Source: Myxococcota bacterium (lineage in GTDB: Bacteria; Myxococcota; XYA12-FULL-58-9; JABJBS01). Taken from it: DNA of 64,000 nt. Positions within the stretch are counted from its first letter, which is position 1. Each line of letters opens with the position of its first letter. Below, one piece after another: positions 15,001 through 20,476 of this stretch. The notes below the pieces were generated by a model. That model saw nothing but the letters and a program-made list of their open reading frames with translations, did no database searches and was not told where the DNA came from. Position numbers and translations under genes: made by a program. The stretch lies in assembly GCA_036339465.1 (NCBI GenBank), contig JAYZAY010000026.1, positions 19,789 to 83,788 on the forward strand, in the 5' to 3' direction.

Positions 15001-16672
15001 CATCACAATCATTATCTTTACCATCGCAGGGCATGTCGCCAATTTCATCGACTGCATAAGAGATCCCCCCCAGTAAGGTATAGTCGGGATTGGCCCATCC
15101 ATTAACCCCATCGCAAACCTTGTACACACCGTTGCACTCACCTTGTTGCTTATCCGCTAAGGGTCTGTTTTGTGCCACATTGAGTCCGTTATCCTTCGCA
15201 CCATCACAGTTGTCGTCCTTTCCATTGCAAACCTCAGGCGCACCTGGATAGATGGTAAGATCACTGTCGTCACAATCGGTTCGGCAATCAAAAGTATCAT
15301 TATCAAAATCGGTTGGATTCTGTGGGTCACACACCCCAGGCCCAGAAGCAGCAGCCGCGTTATTGGCGGGTTGTGCAGAAGCAGTTTCCTTGCTTTGTGG
15401 TTGGTGTGTCCCTGCGTGGGTTAACAAGACCCCCACAGGATCAACATGGGTTTGAATCGCCCCCAAACCCGAGGTGTATTCCGAAAACTTCTTTTTCCAC
15501 TCTATGCCAAAGCTTTGAACTCGAGTGGCTACCTCGTGGTCGTATGCATCCGAAAAGCGCCCATCTGAAATTAAGACAAATCCAATTTTAATGGTTCGGT
15601 TGGCAATAGAACCTGCCCTAGGCAATCGTTCACCCAACTGCGCCACAAAATCCCCGAGTTCTATTTCTTCAAACCTATCATCTGAAATGCTAATTTCAGT
15701 GGCCAAACTCATATGGCACTGATTCAATTCTCGCTGTTCATCGGCGCTCAACTCGGCGAAACCCGCATCTGAGAGATATTGAATCGGCCCAATCTCAAAG
15801 CTCTCCTTCAGCCCCATAGCGTAAAGGTCTAAGTCGCTATAATGCCATTCACCCCAGAGTTCCTCACTCGAGACCCTCTCTTGCTGCCCATAGGTTAGCA
15901 CCCAATTTCGTCCACCCATGAGCGAACCACCCGAGTGAAGTCGGCCACTCCAGCCCGCAGACGAACGACAAAGCAAACTCTGAGAATCGTTGGGATCGGT
16001 GGTGAAGCTTCCCAACCAGCGCTCTCCCAATAACCGGCCCATTAGGGGGTATATATCGGGATTTTCGTGGAGCTTGAGATCAAAGGTTTCCCATGCCTCC
16101 ACGTCAAACAGATTGATCACACCTTGTAGTCTTCCCTCGCTCCCGTAGAGGTCCTGAATATTGAATTGGCGTTTGCCTATTCCGAATGTGTCATTTTGTA
16201 CCCCGCAATAATAACCATTCCCTCCGCACTCACTGCGCTGAGGAAAGTTGGTGAACATCACTAAGAAATCAAAATTGTCGCCGTATTCGTCCAAAACCAA
16301 TTTCGAAGCCTCACGAACACCGGATTGCTCCAAGCAATCAGCTGATTCTCGTCCGCAGAGATTGGTCAATGGGAGCAACTCACCGCCACAAACCTCCGAC
16401 ATCAACACACCTTCGCACAAAACTCCTGAATCACGGAGCGCGTGTATCACGATGACATCAGTTTCAGGAGCGAGTGAAACTTGGGCTAAGGAATCCGAAA
16501 CTGAAGATTCCGATAATCGTATCTCTTCTACTTTCAATTGATTGGGAAAATCGGCATTAAACATAGAGATGCCTGCCGGCATGGGGAAATAACCACCCGA
16601 ACTCGCCCAAAGTGACGAAACTACCCCCACAAAGCTCACTAAAAATAGAGCGATAATAATTCGCCTGTACAT
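1..16672 (-). CDS. Giant secreted Cys/Asp-rich repeat protein (MopE-type putative metal-binding repeats, N-terminal zincin-like domain); 3' end lies beyond the window, at least 5557 aa
   Basis: Manual translation from ATG 16672 gives MYRRIIIALFLVSFVGVVSSLWA (signal peptide). A canonical DCDDSDLTIYPGAPEVCNGKDDNCDG motif follows near 15200-15280, then dozens of CDGLDN(D/N)CDG modules. The same frame was confirmed by spot checks near 15060, 14400, 6360-6790, 2640-3120, 420 and 2-100. Its absence from the ORF track fits there being no in-frame stop inside the window. Confidence 0.93.
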   Translation of the reverse strand, partial: MYRRIIIALFLVSFVGVVSSLWASSGGYFPMPAGISMFNADFPNQLKVEEIRLSESSVSDSLAQVSLAPETDVIVIHALRDSGVLCEGVLMSEVCGGELLPLTNLCGRESADCLEQSGVREASKLVLDEYGDNFDFLVMFTNFPQRSECGGNGYYCGVQNDTFGIGKRQFNIQDLYGSEGRLQGVINLFDVEAWETFDLKLHENPDIYPLMGRLLGERWLGSFTTDPNDSQSLLCRSSAGWSGRLHSGGSLMGGRNWVLTYGQQERVSSEELWGEWHYSDLDLYAMGLKESFEIGPIQYLSDAGFAELSADEQRELNQCHMSLATEISISDDRFEEIELGDFVAQLGERLPRAGSIANRTIKIGFVLISDGRFSDAYDHEVATRVQSFGIEWKKKFSEYTSGLGAIQTHVDPVGVLLTHAGTHQPQSKETASAQPANNAAAASGPGVCDPQNPTDFDNDTFDCRTDCDDSDLTIYPGAPEVCNGKDDNCDGAKDNGLNVAQNRPLADKQQGECNGVYKVCDGVNGWANPDYTLLGGISYAVDEIGDMPCDGKDNDCDGLTDEHYPELGTRCDSEDSDHCENGIWACTEQLGKYCDENENFEELCDGIDNDCNVSTREEVIFDLNQVCSVYPNSPCVATGITVCHSDKTKSVCNALSVAEEKLALYGANPEECNNLDDNCNGIIDEDPLDDNPTLGLAYEFTKDAKSYGLCSLEVTGEDSGVCKGVYKYCVNGELLQCDESLLRGSPNHPKFVPGKELLCDTLDEDCDGDVDEMDDLALTPEFSTACDSGADLDSCARGNYDCQSGEPVCINDIAATAEICNSLDDDCDGLTDTDDPDIVIVDADKQDGVCANQKKVCDNGALVEPNYTLVAGYNIDEICDGLDNDCDGLVDECLNESGEEKDYSVEGALVACSEIRKPFPATKSQGVCSEQKQICQGAFGWIDPSTALVENYQAQETLCDGLDNDCDGDVDNIATSNRPFVTNNTGACLGQRKSCVNLGGGVYNWENVYSSIPAYSLNESCNGIDDNCDGLVDNQIPEASTPFAAMQDGVCATVRQTCDGSNGWKDPTNYGVDYEEIEVSCDGLDNDCDGVVDDPFVFPSGAPMTDALNGTTDLYKEMGCGSGLCAGGSVVCAANKISLECDSHGLIRSEKIPKSCDGVDDCDICDSVDDDCDGAVSDGLYEPLTDDEKAAIPAEMRNGVCLTVQNTCDGGAWVQLPFSSVLQYEDKEQGCDGLDNDCDGKTDECLVEDVTTEGDGSACPAPGTAQYFERPSSSKSVGVCTGLKKLCRSALGWQDPTFTNTENYELEEITCDGKDNDCNGAVDDIANVSKPQVTLGNSGVCANEKQLCRSSDDGFGNITFDWVDSEVVGYEAIEKTCDGLDNDCNGLIDEIAEADRPLVSTPFGVCLTNSYRQECANGQWRDPAWIGTAKHTGGYEHQEETCDNLDNDCDGSVDVIAEGFRPHADKSAGVCSVLRKSCVDAEGGAVWVNPNYTDIPTYEVEETLCDGLDNDCDGLVDNLTQDSTTFPDADKKVGVCLNVKKDCGSLPNGDKAWVEPDYVVTVPNYESPEVSCDELDNDCDGIVDNIVKVNRPDAATSGVCVGQKMICNTALKAWEEPDYPLSIATYQASETLCDGLDNNCDGVVDNLSQPTSEHPLATKNIGVCADVRKICGTNALGQKDWVDPDYGVTVQTYEASEKSCDNVDNDCDGVVDNIITGNRPDAVTSGVCVGQKMECNSGASRWDEPNYSLAIPTYQAAETLCDGLDNNCDGVVDNLSQTVDQHPLATRNIGVCAGVRKICGTDEHGDKNWIDPDYGVTVPNYESSEKSCDNLDNDCDGVVDNIITGNRPSAVTSGVCAGQKMECNSDESRWDEPNYALAITSYQAAETLCDGLDNNCDGVIDNLSQDVGLYPAATKSSGVCAGVKKICGLDSGTKAWIDPDYGVTVVNFELEEKSCDGLDNDCDGVVDNIVHDNRPDAATSGVCNGQKMVCNTAGKVWEEPNYALTVVSYQAAETLCDGLDNNCDGMIDNLSQVADLYPTAAKNIGVCVGTKKACGTNASGNKAWIEPDYGTNVANFEASEMSCDGLDNDCDGVVDNIVSQNRPDAANSGVCTGQKMVCNSGETRWEEPNYALAIATYEASETLCDGLDNNCDGMIDNLSQVVDLYPVATKSVGVCVGAKKVCGTNDAGVKTWVDPDFGTFVEKFEESEMSCDGLDNDCDGAIDNIIAANRPLAANSGVCAGQKLVCNSAETKWIEPDYSISVASYQVSETLCDDLDNDCDGVVDNLSQAVELYPAATKNVGVCADAKKVCGTDENGKKTWVNPDYGVTVINFESPELSCDGLDNDCDGVIDNIMTQNRPDVAASGVCVGQKMVCNTALKTWEEPNYGLIISSYESSETLCDGLDNNCDGVVDNLSQSKELYPLATKISGLCANVRKICATDENGIKTWVDPDYSESVANYEVSETYCDGMDNDCDGVVDNLLQLPNQYPLASKTSGVCGDIRKLCGTNENGDKTWIEPDYALEVATYEESDLSCDGLDNDCDGVVDNIALQNRPQVSSSGVCVGQKMVCNSGLTAWVEPDYSVLIGDYEDSETLCDGLDNNCDGVVDNLSQTPDSYPQATKKVGVCADVRKVCGTDVHGSKTWIDPDYGDSVFNYEVAETICDGLDNDCNGIVDDIGKDNRPTVASGGVCVGKKMICNSLLKTWEEPDYALAIATYEASETLCDGLDNNCDGVVDNLSQSTDDYPQGTKKVGVCADVKRVCSTDENGTKTWVDPDYGDVVLNYEIEETICDGLDNNCDGLVDNIAKANRPEVSAGGVCVGQKMVCNSVAKAWEEPDYGLAILTYEASETLCDGLDNNCDGLVDNLSQAADAYPAATKKVGVCSVVKRICGTDETGKKAWLDPDYGDAVVNYEVVESICDGLDNDCDGLVDNIIKANRPDVVGGGVCVGQKMVCNSENKAWEEPDYSLAIPSYEAAETLCDGLDNNCDGVVDNLSQEAGAYPAATKKVGVCADVKRICGEAENGTKVWLDPVYGDVISNYEEVESICDGLDNDCDGVADNMIQANRPLVTAGGVCVGQRMVCNSASKAWEEPDYSLSISTYEESETLCDGLDNNCDGVVDNLSQAGDAYPQATKRVGVCATVRRVCGTDESGEKDWLDPVYGDVVVGYQEEETLCDGLDNDCDGTVDDIIKADRPDVTAGGVCTGQKMACNSVTKAWEEPDYSLAIGTYEAAETLCDGLDNNCDGVVDNLSQDQDAYPAATKKVGVCAGVKRLCGTDDNGLKAWLDPVYGDVVLNYEEVETLCDGLDNDCDGIVDNIANNNRPVVSAGGVCVGQRMVCDSDSKSWEEPDYSLSIGSYEASETLCDGLDNNCDGVVDNLSQAVDGYPQATKRVGVCADVKKICGTGDNGLKAWLDPVYGDVVVGYEEVETICDGLDNDCDGAVDTILKANRPVVSAGGVCAGQRMVCDSDSKSWEEPDYSLSIGSYEASETLCDGLDNNCDGVVDNLSQTVDTYPLATKKVGVCAGVKRVCGTGDTGLKVWLDPNYEDAVPNYEPIETICDGLDNDCDGTADNILRGNRPDVSVGGVCVGQKMVCNSALKTWEEPDYAVAIPSYETDETLCDGLDNNCDGLVDNLSQDADSYPQAIKNAGVCSEVRKVCGEDGEGNKTWVEPDYADVILDFESSETVCDGLDNDCDGGVDNIIKANRPVVAVGGVCVGQKMVCNLNQKTWEEPNYAVAITTYQGTETLCDGLDNDCDGLVDNILKADRPDAVSTGVCVGQKMVCDSEQKAWVEPDYSLTIASYQSAETKCDGLDNNCDGLVDNLSQPTDEHPQAIRASGVCSGLKKVCGFGEDGLKTWIEPDYALTVINYEATETSCDGLDNDCDGVVDNIINENRPETITSGVCAGRKMSCNSGLKAWEEPDYAAAVSTYEAAETLCDGLDNDCDGVVDNLSQVASLYPSATKKIGVCMDAKKVCAANENGEKVWSEPDYSVTVVNFEASEMSCDGLDNDCDGVVDNIVSVNRPDAVTSGVCVGQKMDCNTQETRWEEPNYALAIATYQASETLCDGLDNDCDGVVDNLQQAPTLYPSAKMVVGVCADVKKVCGTNLDGVKTWVEPDYGVTVVDYEVSESSCDGLDNDCDGVVDNILSESRPDAATSGVCGGQKMVCNSEEKAWEEPDYALAIASYQASETLCDGLDNNCDGVIDNLSQGVEQHPMATKATGVCASAKKICGTDSDGIKTWIDPTYNVTVDGYEMPETSCDGLDNDCDGMIDNILVEHRPNAAASGVCSGQKMECDSALKKWNEPDYTLAIQTYEPQETLCDGLDNNCDGLIDNLSQDKLLYPNAIKNVGVCAGAKRVCGLDDDGTKTWIEPDYLASLANYEVVEVSCDGLDNDCDGDIDEIALDSRPDALGVGVCAGQKRVCDSVSKTWITPNYVALVAGYEEIEISCDGLDNDCDGIVDNLALNSEQRPLAAMQYGVCHDQRKYCDNVSGTWKEPDYTVLPDYEETETLCDELDNDCNGVVDDPYISAAEFGTETCLTEDCVGTFTDSNGDSGLTKGMSCGVGLCGGGRVICGEDQRTLLCDSHKNALPELEPKSCDGVADCDKCDGVDDDCDGVYDEGLVQQKPEPGLRSGVCKNQLQSCNAGTWEDLPVDNISGYEVSERTCDGEDNDCDGEIDESSVAVTAAAGDRAAGVCITAKQVCENGNWLEPDYTAFPNYEPNESLCDGLDNDCDGDTDEDLIGPEADNSKGVCNGAKKVCETRDGITMWREPTYLNHTVSFEVLEISCDGVDNDCDGVIDNIDEYLLVLGTNQKGTCLNSKKVCRNGVYQEPTLATIADYEFAEVSCDGLDNDCDGVVDNITDLPLSTQQLGVCKGVRKECGSDGGSGWQWNEPVYAPAVYNMFDLVYQETETLCDGLDNDCNGTVDDPPKLAPYRPLSSKQDGVCEGQRQYCGLDEVGNYTWVEPDYFITVSDNVFEITETRCDGLDNDCDGTADNLASTEDAPAGSKTLGVCAARATKICAGINQWQDPNYLEIDNYEIRETLCDGVDNDCDGLVDECLAGSGTFHDRPPGDSVSTIDCPISGEAGYVDTPFATKQSGQCLGQRQVCRGVSGWMDPDYLATVVAYEADETTCDGLDNDCDDVVDEDLDKPLAQNQKGVCQNSRKYCAGDNRWQEPNLLSIELYEPVETLCDGLDNDCDGQVDEDLEDFRPNASFQDGICVGQKKLCGALGNGQGTGWIDPDYNFIRDEDGEMIYESVETICDGLDNDCDGSTDEGIDLSAPKAEKTVGVCSVMSKKRCGDSGDGVKNWIEPNYYTLPDYEDSETLCDGLDNDCDGSADEASDLVNHSPMNDLNVGVCAGHRKVCGVDEEGNPIWVNPNYKLIKDVNGNFLYEEEEISCDGLDNDCDGTTDNIALDKRPDANTVGVCKTQKMECDSIQKIWIAPDFEDIANYEPQEVTCDGLDNDCDGRVDESEHLLAPRASLQEGVCSGARKVCIENSFGQITWMEPPYAVLFATYELNEQSCDGLDNDCDGAPDHNLVAPMVTKNFGVCFGERQI
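3480..12150 (-). repeat. Intragenic tandem array of alternating 183-bp (61 aa) and 201-bp (67 aa) modules, 384-bp super-period, about 45 modules
   Basis: CDG motif positions recur at 5790, 5973, 6174, 6357, 6558, 6741 and so on. Shadow ORFs in the track repeat with 384-bp offsets (4315/4699, 6124/6508, 7525/7909). Confidence 0.9.
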
Positions 16673-16711
16673 GAACCCCCATCCCTTTTGGTTTATGTCA
16701 ACTATAAAATA

Positions 16712-18040
16712 TTATTGAAGATTTACTCCCCGCTCAATAAAATAGATGTTTGCTATTTCCACGACACCACTTTCTGGGTTGTCCAACTGACGCCCGTCAC
16801 AACTTGCACGACTTTTGAACAAATCGAATTGAACCGACATGGACCGCTTCCGCTGACTGGCATCCACCCATAAACCAAAATCTAAACCAACTTCATAACG
16901 CCGCCAATCGCCCGATATCTTGAAATCCTTGGCAAGAGACTCCTTGGGCTTCGGAGCCAGATGCGTCCAATAAGACATAGATAAAGCGACCCAAACTTCA
17001 TCGCGGCGTGGTGTTCGCGCCATAAAAGTTAGACGGTCATACTTTTTCATGTCGAGTTCCATGGGCACAGTTCGCTTCTTTCCTATTTTTCGCGCCTCAC
17101 CATTTTCCGGCATGGCTCCCCTCATGAGTTCCGTGTAACGACAACCCAAGAGATGGTCTTTTTCAAGCTCTTCCACCTCGCTGAAATCAAAACTGAGGAG
17201 CATCTTGCCGGTTCGCGGTGCATAACCCAGTAAGTCTGTGGAAGCCGGGCCTCCAAAATCCGCTTTACATTTGGGTTCTAATGATGATTGTGCCTCATCG
17301 TCGGTTGCTTCGCCATCTTTAGGTTTCTCCGAAATGGGTATCACCACAGGGCCAATAAGGTTGGACTGGCCGCCAGCGCAGTTGCCATAAATCGCATCCA
17401 CAAAAATCGAACCCCGTGTGGGCGGCGGAGCAGGCGGCGTGGCCCTACATCGTGGCCGCCAACGACCGCGCTTCAAAAGGCTTTCCTCTCCTAGGGATAA
17501 GGACTCAGTCAGTGTAAAATTGTTGACCAAGCGCCAACCTTTCCGGTTGGAATTAGGTTCCCCGTCCGGTGGGCTAAACCTATCAACCACCCCACGGACA
17601 CTCGCATTCTCCGTAATAGACACATTGAAAACCTGCTCATTCAATGGCTTATCCGAATAGACCGTGCTCACCCAAGCTTTCATGGGTACTTCGGTGGTGG
17701 GACAATCATCAGCGACTTGAAGCCCGATCCACGCCTCACCCTGGGCGCCCTTTCCACGGATCGGGAACATATCGCAGGGTAGTCTTTCCCCCTCTTGCTC
17801 AATGGCCGTTAAATGGAATTTTAGTTTCGGTTGAAAGAGGCGCCATTCCATGTTCCAGTGAAAACGGACTTTACCACCCGCTGTGATGTGAAGCGTTTTG
17901 CCCACCGGCACATTATCGGCCAAAAAGTAATGTTCAACTTCCTGAGGGCATCCCGCCAAAATGACCACCATGGCCGAAACGCCCCCCAACCTCTTAAACA
18001 AACCAAGGGGGGCCTTATCTTTTCTGGGGACTTTACTCAT
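16712..18040 (-). CDS. Putative lipoprotein with C-terminal carbohydrate-binding-like (CBM11/CIA30-type beta-sandwich) domain
   Basis: 442-aa ORF with lipobox-like VILAG-C and a Pro-rich linker. The C-terminus LDMKKYDRLTFMAR...ISGDWRRYEV...GVVEIANIYF resembles galactose-binding-like folds. Confidence 0.6.
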   Translation of the reverse strand: MSKVPRKDKAPLGLFKRLGGVSAMVVILAGCPQEVEHYFLADNVPVGKTLHITAGGKVRFHWNMEWRLFQPKLKFHLTAIEQEGERLPCDMFPIRGKGAQGEAWIGLQVADDCPTTEVPMKAWVSTVYSDKPLNEQVFNVSITENASVRGVVDRFSPPDGEPNSNRKGWRLVNNFTLTESLSLGEESLLKRGRWRPRCRATPPAPPPTRGSIFVDAIYGNCAGGQSNLIGPVVIPISEKPKDGEATDDEAQSSLEPKCKADFGGPASTDLLGYAPRTGKMLLSFDFSEVEELEKDHLLGCRYTELMRGAMPENGEARKIGKKRTVPMELDMKKYDRLTFMARTPRRDEVWVALSMSYWTHLAPKPKESLAKDFKISGDWRRYEVGLDFGLWVDASQRKRSMSVQFDLFKSRASCDGRQLDNPESGVVEIANIYFIERGVNLQ

Positions 18041-18653
18041 GGGCGATATCCGCCTCCGTCCCCGAACCCCACGTTACCATGGACACCCTCGACTTAAAGG
18101 CTCGATTCGTTCGATAAAGTCGGGCCAAAACATGCCATATCCCCACCGCGTAATCGTAGGTCAGGTTCCGAGGCAACCTCGCCACCACCAAGATCCCATC
18201 CCGTCCCGGATTCTTGAGTTCGGTCGGTTCAATCTCCTTGACCAACCCCAGTAGTTTCCGCGAAAATTTCGCCCCCTTCGCATCCTCCAGCGCGATCTCA
18301 ACCGTCGCCCCTTCACCACCTGCACTGTCGGCATGTGCCAAAATCACACTTCCCTCAACCACATCCACAAGCACTCGGTGTCGCTGTTGTGAATCTCCCA
18401 TGTCCAAAACACCGCCGGCTACCGGTAAATTTTCAACACCTTTACCACTGGAATTTTCTTTCGCTTCTTGAAAACTCGCAAAAAGAGACGTCACCATAAA
18501 AAAGAGCAAAAGACTCAAAGCAACATCATCAAAACTGGTTGCCGCCTCTTCCTCTTGCAAGACATCATCATCTTCGTAAAGACTAAGATCTTCCTCAAGG
18601 TCCTCTTCCCAGGGATTTGTCTCTTCCTCTGTAGCTTCACCTTCACCCATCAA
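18033..18653 (-). CDS. ExbD/TolR family motor subunit
   Basis: Acidic N-terminus and a single TM TSFDDVALSLLLFFMVTSLF with the ExbD-type Asp; directly downstream of ExbB/ExbD homologues. Confidence 0.75.
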   Translation of the reverse strand: MMGEGEATEEETNPWEEDLEEDLSLYEDDDVLQEEEAATSFDDVALSLLLFFMVTSLFASFQEAKENSSGKGVENLPVAGGVLDMGDSQQRHRVLVDVVEGSVILAHADSAGGEGATVEIALEDAKGAKFSRKLLGLVKEIEPTELKNPGRDGILVVARLPRNLTYDYAVGIWHVLARLYRTNRAFKSRVSMVTWGSGTEADIAHE

Positions 18654-18658
18654 AATAA

Positions 18659-19351
18659 CTACCCTTTGATTAGCTTGCTAAGATTACAGAATCGTTTCTT
18701 CAGTTTTGGTTTTTTCATTTCTATTTTACTCTCACAGGACTTAACTCTCCTGCGCCCTTCGATACATTGATTAAACTGCAACACCTTTTTCAAGGTATCT
18801 GGCTTGGTGAGAGGTGGGCACGGTACCAAGCGCATGCCCAACCACCGCGGAACATTCTTGTTGAGCATGTACACACCATAGCGAATCGCATAAACCACAC
18901 CAAAGGGTGCTGTAGGCGCCGCGCTTAGATACAGTTTGGCTGGTTTACCCACCTTCTCAAGACGGTCAGAAACATTCCCAAGGTACACCTCAAGCTTCTC
19001 TTTTAAATCGATCGACGAACTCGTTGTTTCCGTATAGAGGTAGCCAATTTCTTCTTCATCCACAGGCTCGCTGGCCAAAATACGAAAGTTTCCCTCGCTA
19101 CCCTCCTCGTATTTCTTTTTGCCCCCAATGGCTAAAACCTGGATATTCGCTTCGGCATCAACATGAATAGCCAAATCATAGTCACCATATATTTTCTTGG
19201 TTTTCTTAGAATTGGGTGGTGGCACTGCGGTACGTTGTTTCAACAGAAAAATAGACGCCGACGACGACACCACCGTCAGCACCAAGAAAAAGAGCAATAG
19301 ACTCATAGCAACGTCGTCAAAAGACGTTTCTTCATCTACCTCGATTGGCAC
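18659..19351 (-). CDS. ExbD/TolR family motor subunit
   Basis: N-terminal TM TSFDDVAMSLLLFFLVLTVV; periplasmic domain with LYLSAAPTAPFGVV resembling the ExbD ADxxxxYGxV region. Confidence 0.75.
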   Translation of the reverse strand: MPIEVDEETSFDDVAMSLLLFFLVLTVVSSSASIFLLKQRTAVPPPNSKKTKKIYGDYDLAIHVDAEANIQVLAIGGKKKYEEGSEGNFRILASEPVDEEEIGYLYTETTSSSIDLKEKLEVYLGNVSDRLEKVGKPAKLYLSAAPTAPFGVVYAIRYGVYMLNKNVPRWLGMRLVPCPPLTKPDTLKKVLQFNQCIEGRRRVKSCESKIEMKKPKLKKRFCNLSKLIKG

Positions 19352-19363
19352 CCCTTATCCCCC

Positions 19364-20449
19364 TCACGCCCCGCCTTGACGCATGTGTGCCGACACCTCA
19401 CTGGAAATCAGTTGAAGTTGGGTCGTGAAAAAATTGATCCGCTGGGAAATCCCCGATTTTAATGCCAATCCCACGGATTTGATAATCAAGGCCATAAAAG
19501 TGGTTACGAGGGCCACAAAAATACCCTGGGACATCATATTGATCATCTCCGGCGAGGCATTCTCCCCCAATAAACTAAAAGCCACAATCATCCCCTGAAC
19601 CGTTCCTGCAAAACCCACCGCCGGCGCAACATTCAAGGCCGTATTGATCAGATGCATCTTTTGAAACTCTTCTTCTCGAATATCCTTGGTCTGAGCAATG
19701 AAGTACCGATCAAGGGCCGTCTCCGAAGCAAGAACAGATCCACCAATTTGCTTTACCACTTCGGCCAAGTGGTTATCCAACCCCAAAAGAACACCCATGT
19801 CTTCATCACGAAATTTGGCATCCTCCCAAAGCGTCGCCCGTTCTTTCCCCTGGGCTTTAAAGGCTAAAAGAAGCTTGTTCTCAACATATTCGACATGGTC
19901 ATCATGCATGTAGAAATTCTCTTGTCGAACTGTCCAAAGGATGTAAATCCCCGACAACGCCATTGCGAAAAGGATATAGAGTCCCGACATCATAATATAT
20001 TCTAAGACGTCTCCAAGAATGGTTTGGCTAGACATGGGGTCGCCACTATCGCCGGCGGCCTCTTCCGGAACCGTTTCAGGCACCGCCGGCTCTTCTTTCG
20101 CCGTTTTTTCTCCGTCCTCCTCCGCAGCAAAAGCAACGCTACTAAAAATCCAATCCATTTGAAGAAATTGGTTCTGAGCAGTTTTCTTGGAAACATGTCC
20201 CCGGGCATCGGCTTCATCAATCTCCCCTTGCTTGGGATTGGCAATCATGGTTGCGAGCTGTTTGGCCTTCAGAGGATTCACAAAAGATCCCGTCACGAAT
20301 TTTCCCAAAACCGATGTCGCCATGAGTAGAGCCACGGTTAGAATGGCAACCCAATACCATTGAATCAGGCCTTGTTGCTTGAGAACATCACGTCGACGGG
20401 ATTCATAAACTCCCGCCTGCTTCTTTTTGCTATCATCTCCCATTATCAA
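19364..20449 (-). CDS. MotA/TolQ/ExbB proton channel family protein
   Basis: C-terminal motifs APAVGFAGTVQGMIVAF and GIFVALVTTFMALII match the ExbB/TolQ TM2-TM3 pattern; extended N-terminus. Confidence 0.85.
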   Translation of the reverse strand: MIMGDDSKKKQAGVYESRRRDVLKQQGLIQWYWVAILTVALLMATSVLGKFVTGSFVNPLKAKQLATMIANPKQGEIDEADARGHVSKKTAQNQFLQMDWIFSSVAFAAEEDGEKTAKEEPAVPETVPEEAAGDSGDPMSSQTILGDVLEYIMMSGLYILFAMALSGIYILWTVRQENFYMHDDHVEYVENKLLLAFKAQGKERATLWEDAKFRDEDMGVLLGLDNHLAEVVKQIGGSVLASETALDRYFIAQTKDIREEEFQKMHLINTALNVAPAVGFAGTVQGMIVAFSLLGENASPEMINMMSQGIFVALVTTFMALIIKSVGLALKSGISQRINFFTTQLQLISSEVSAHMRQGGA

Positions 20450-20476
20450 CTCCCCCTGACCGAGCTAGGAATAATC

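Noticed and set aside
62..16541. Dozens of short ORFs on both strands in the ORF track
   Set aside because: They are antisense or off-frame shadows of the giant minus-strand repeat gene and recur with its 384-bp period.
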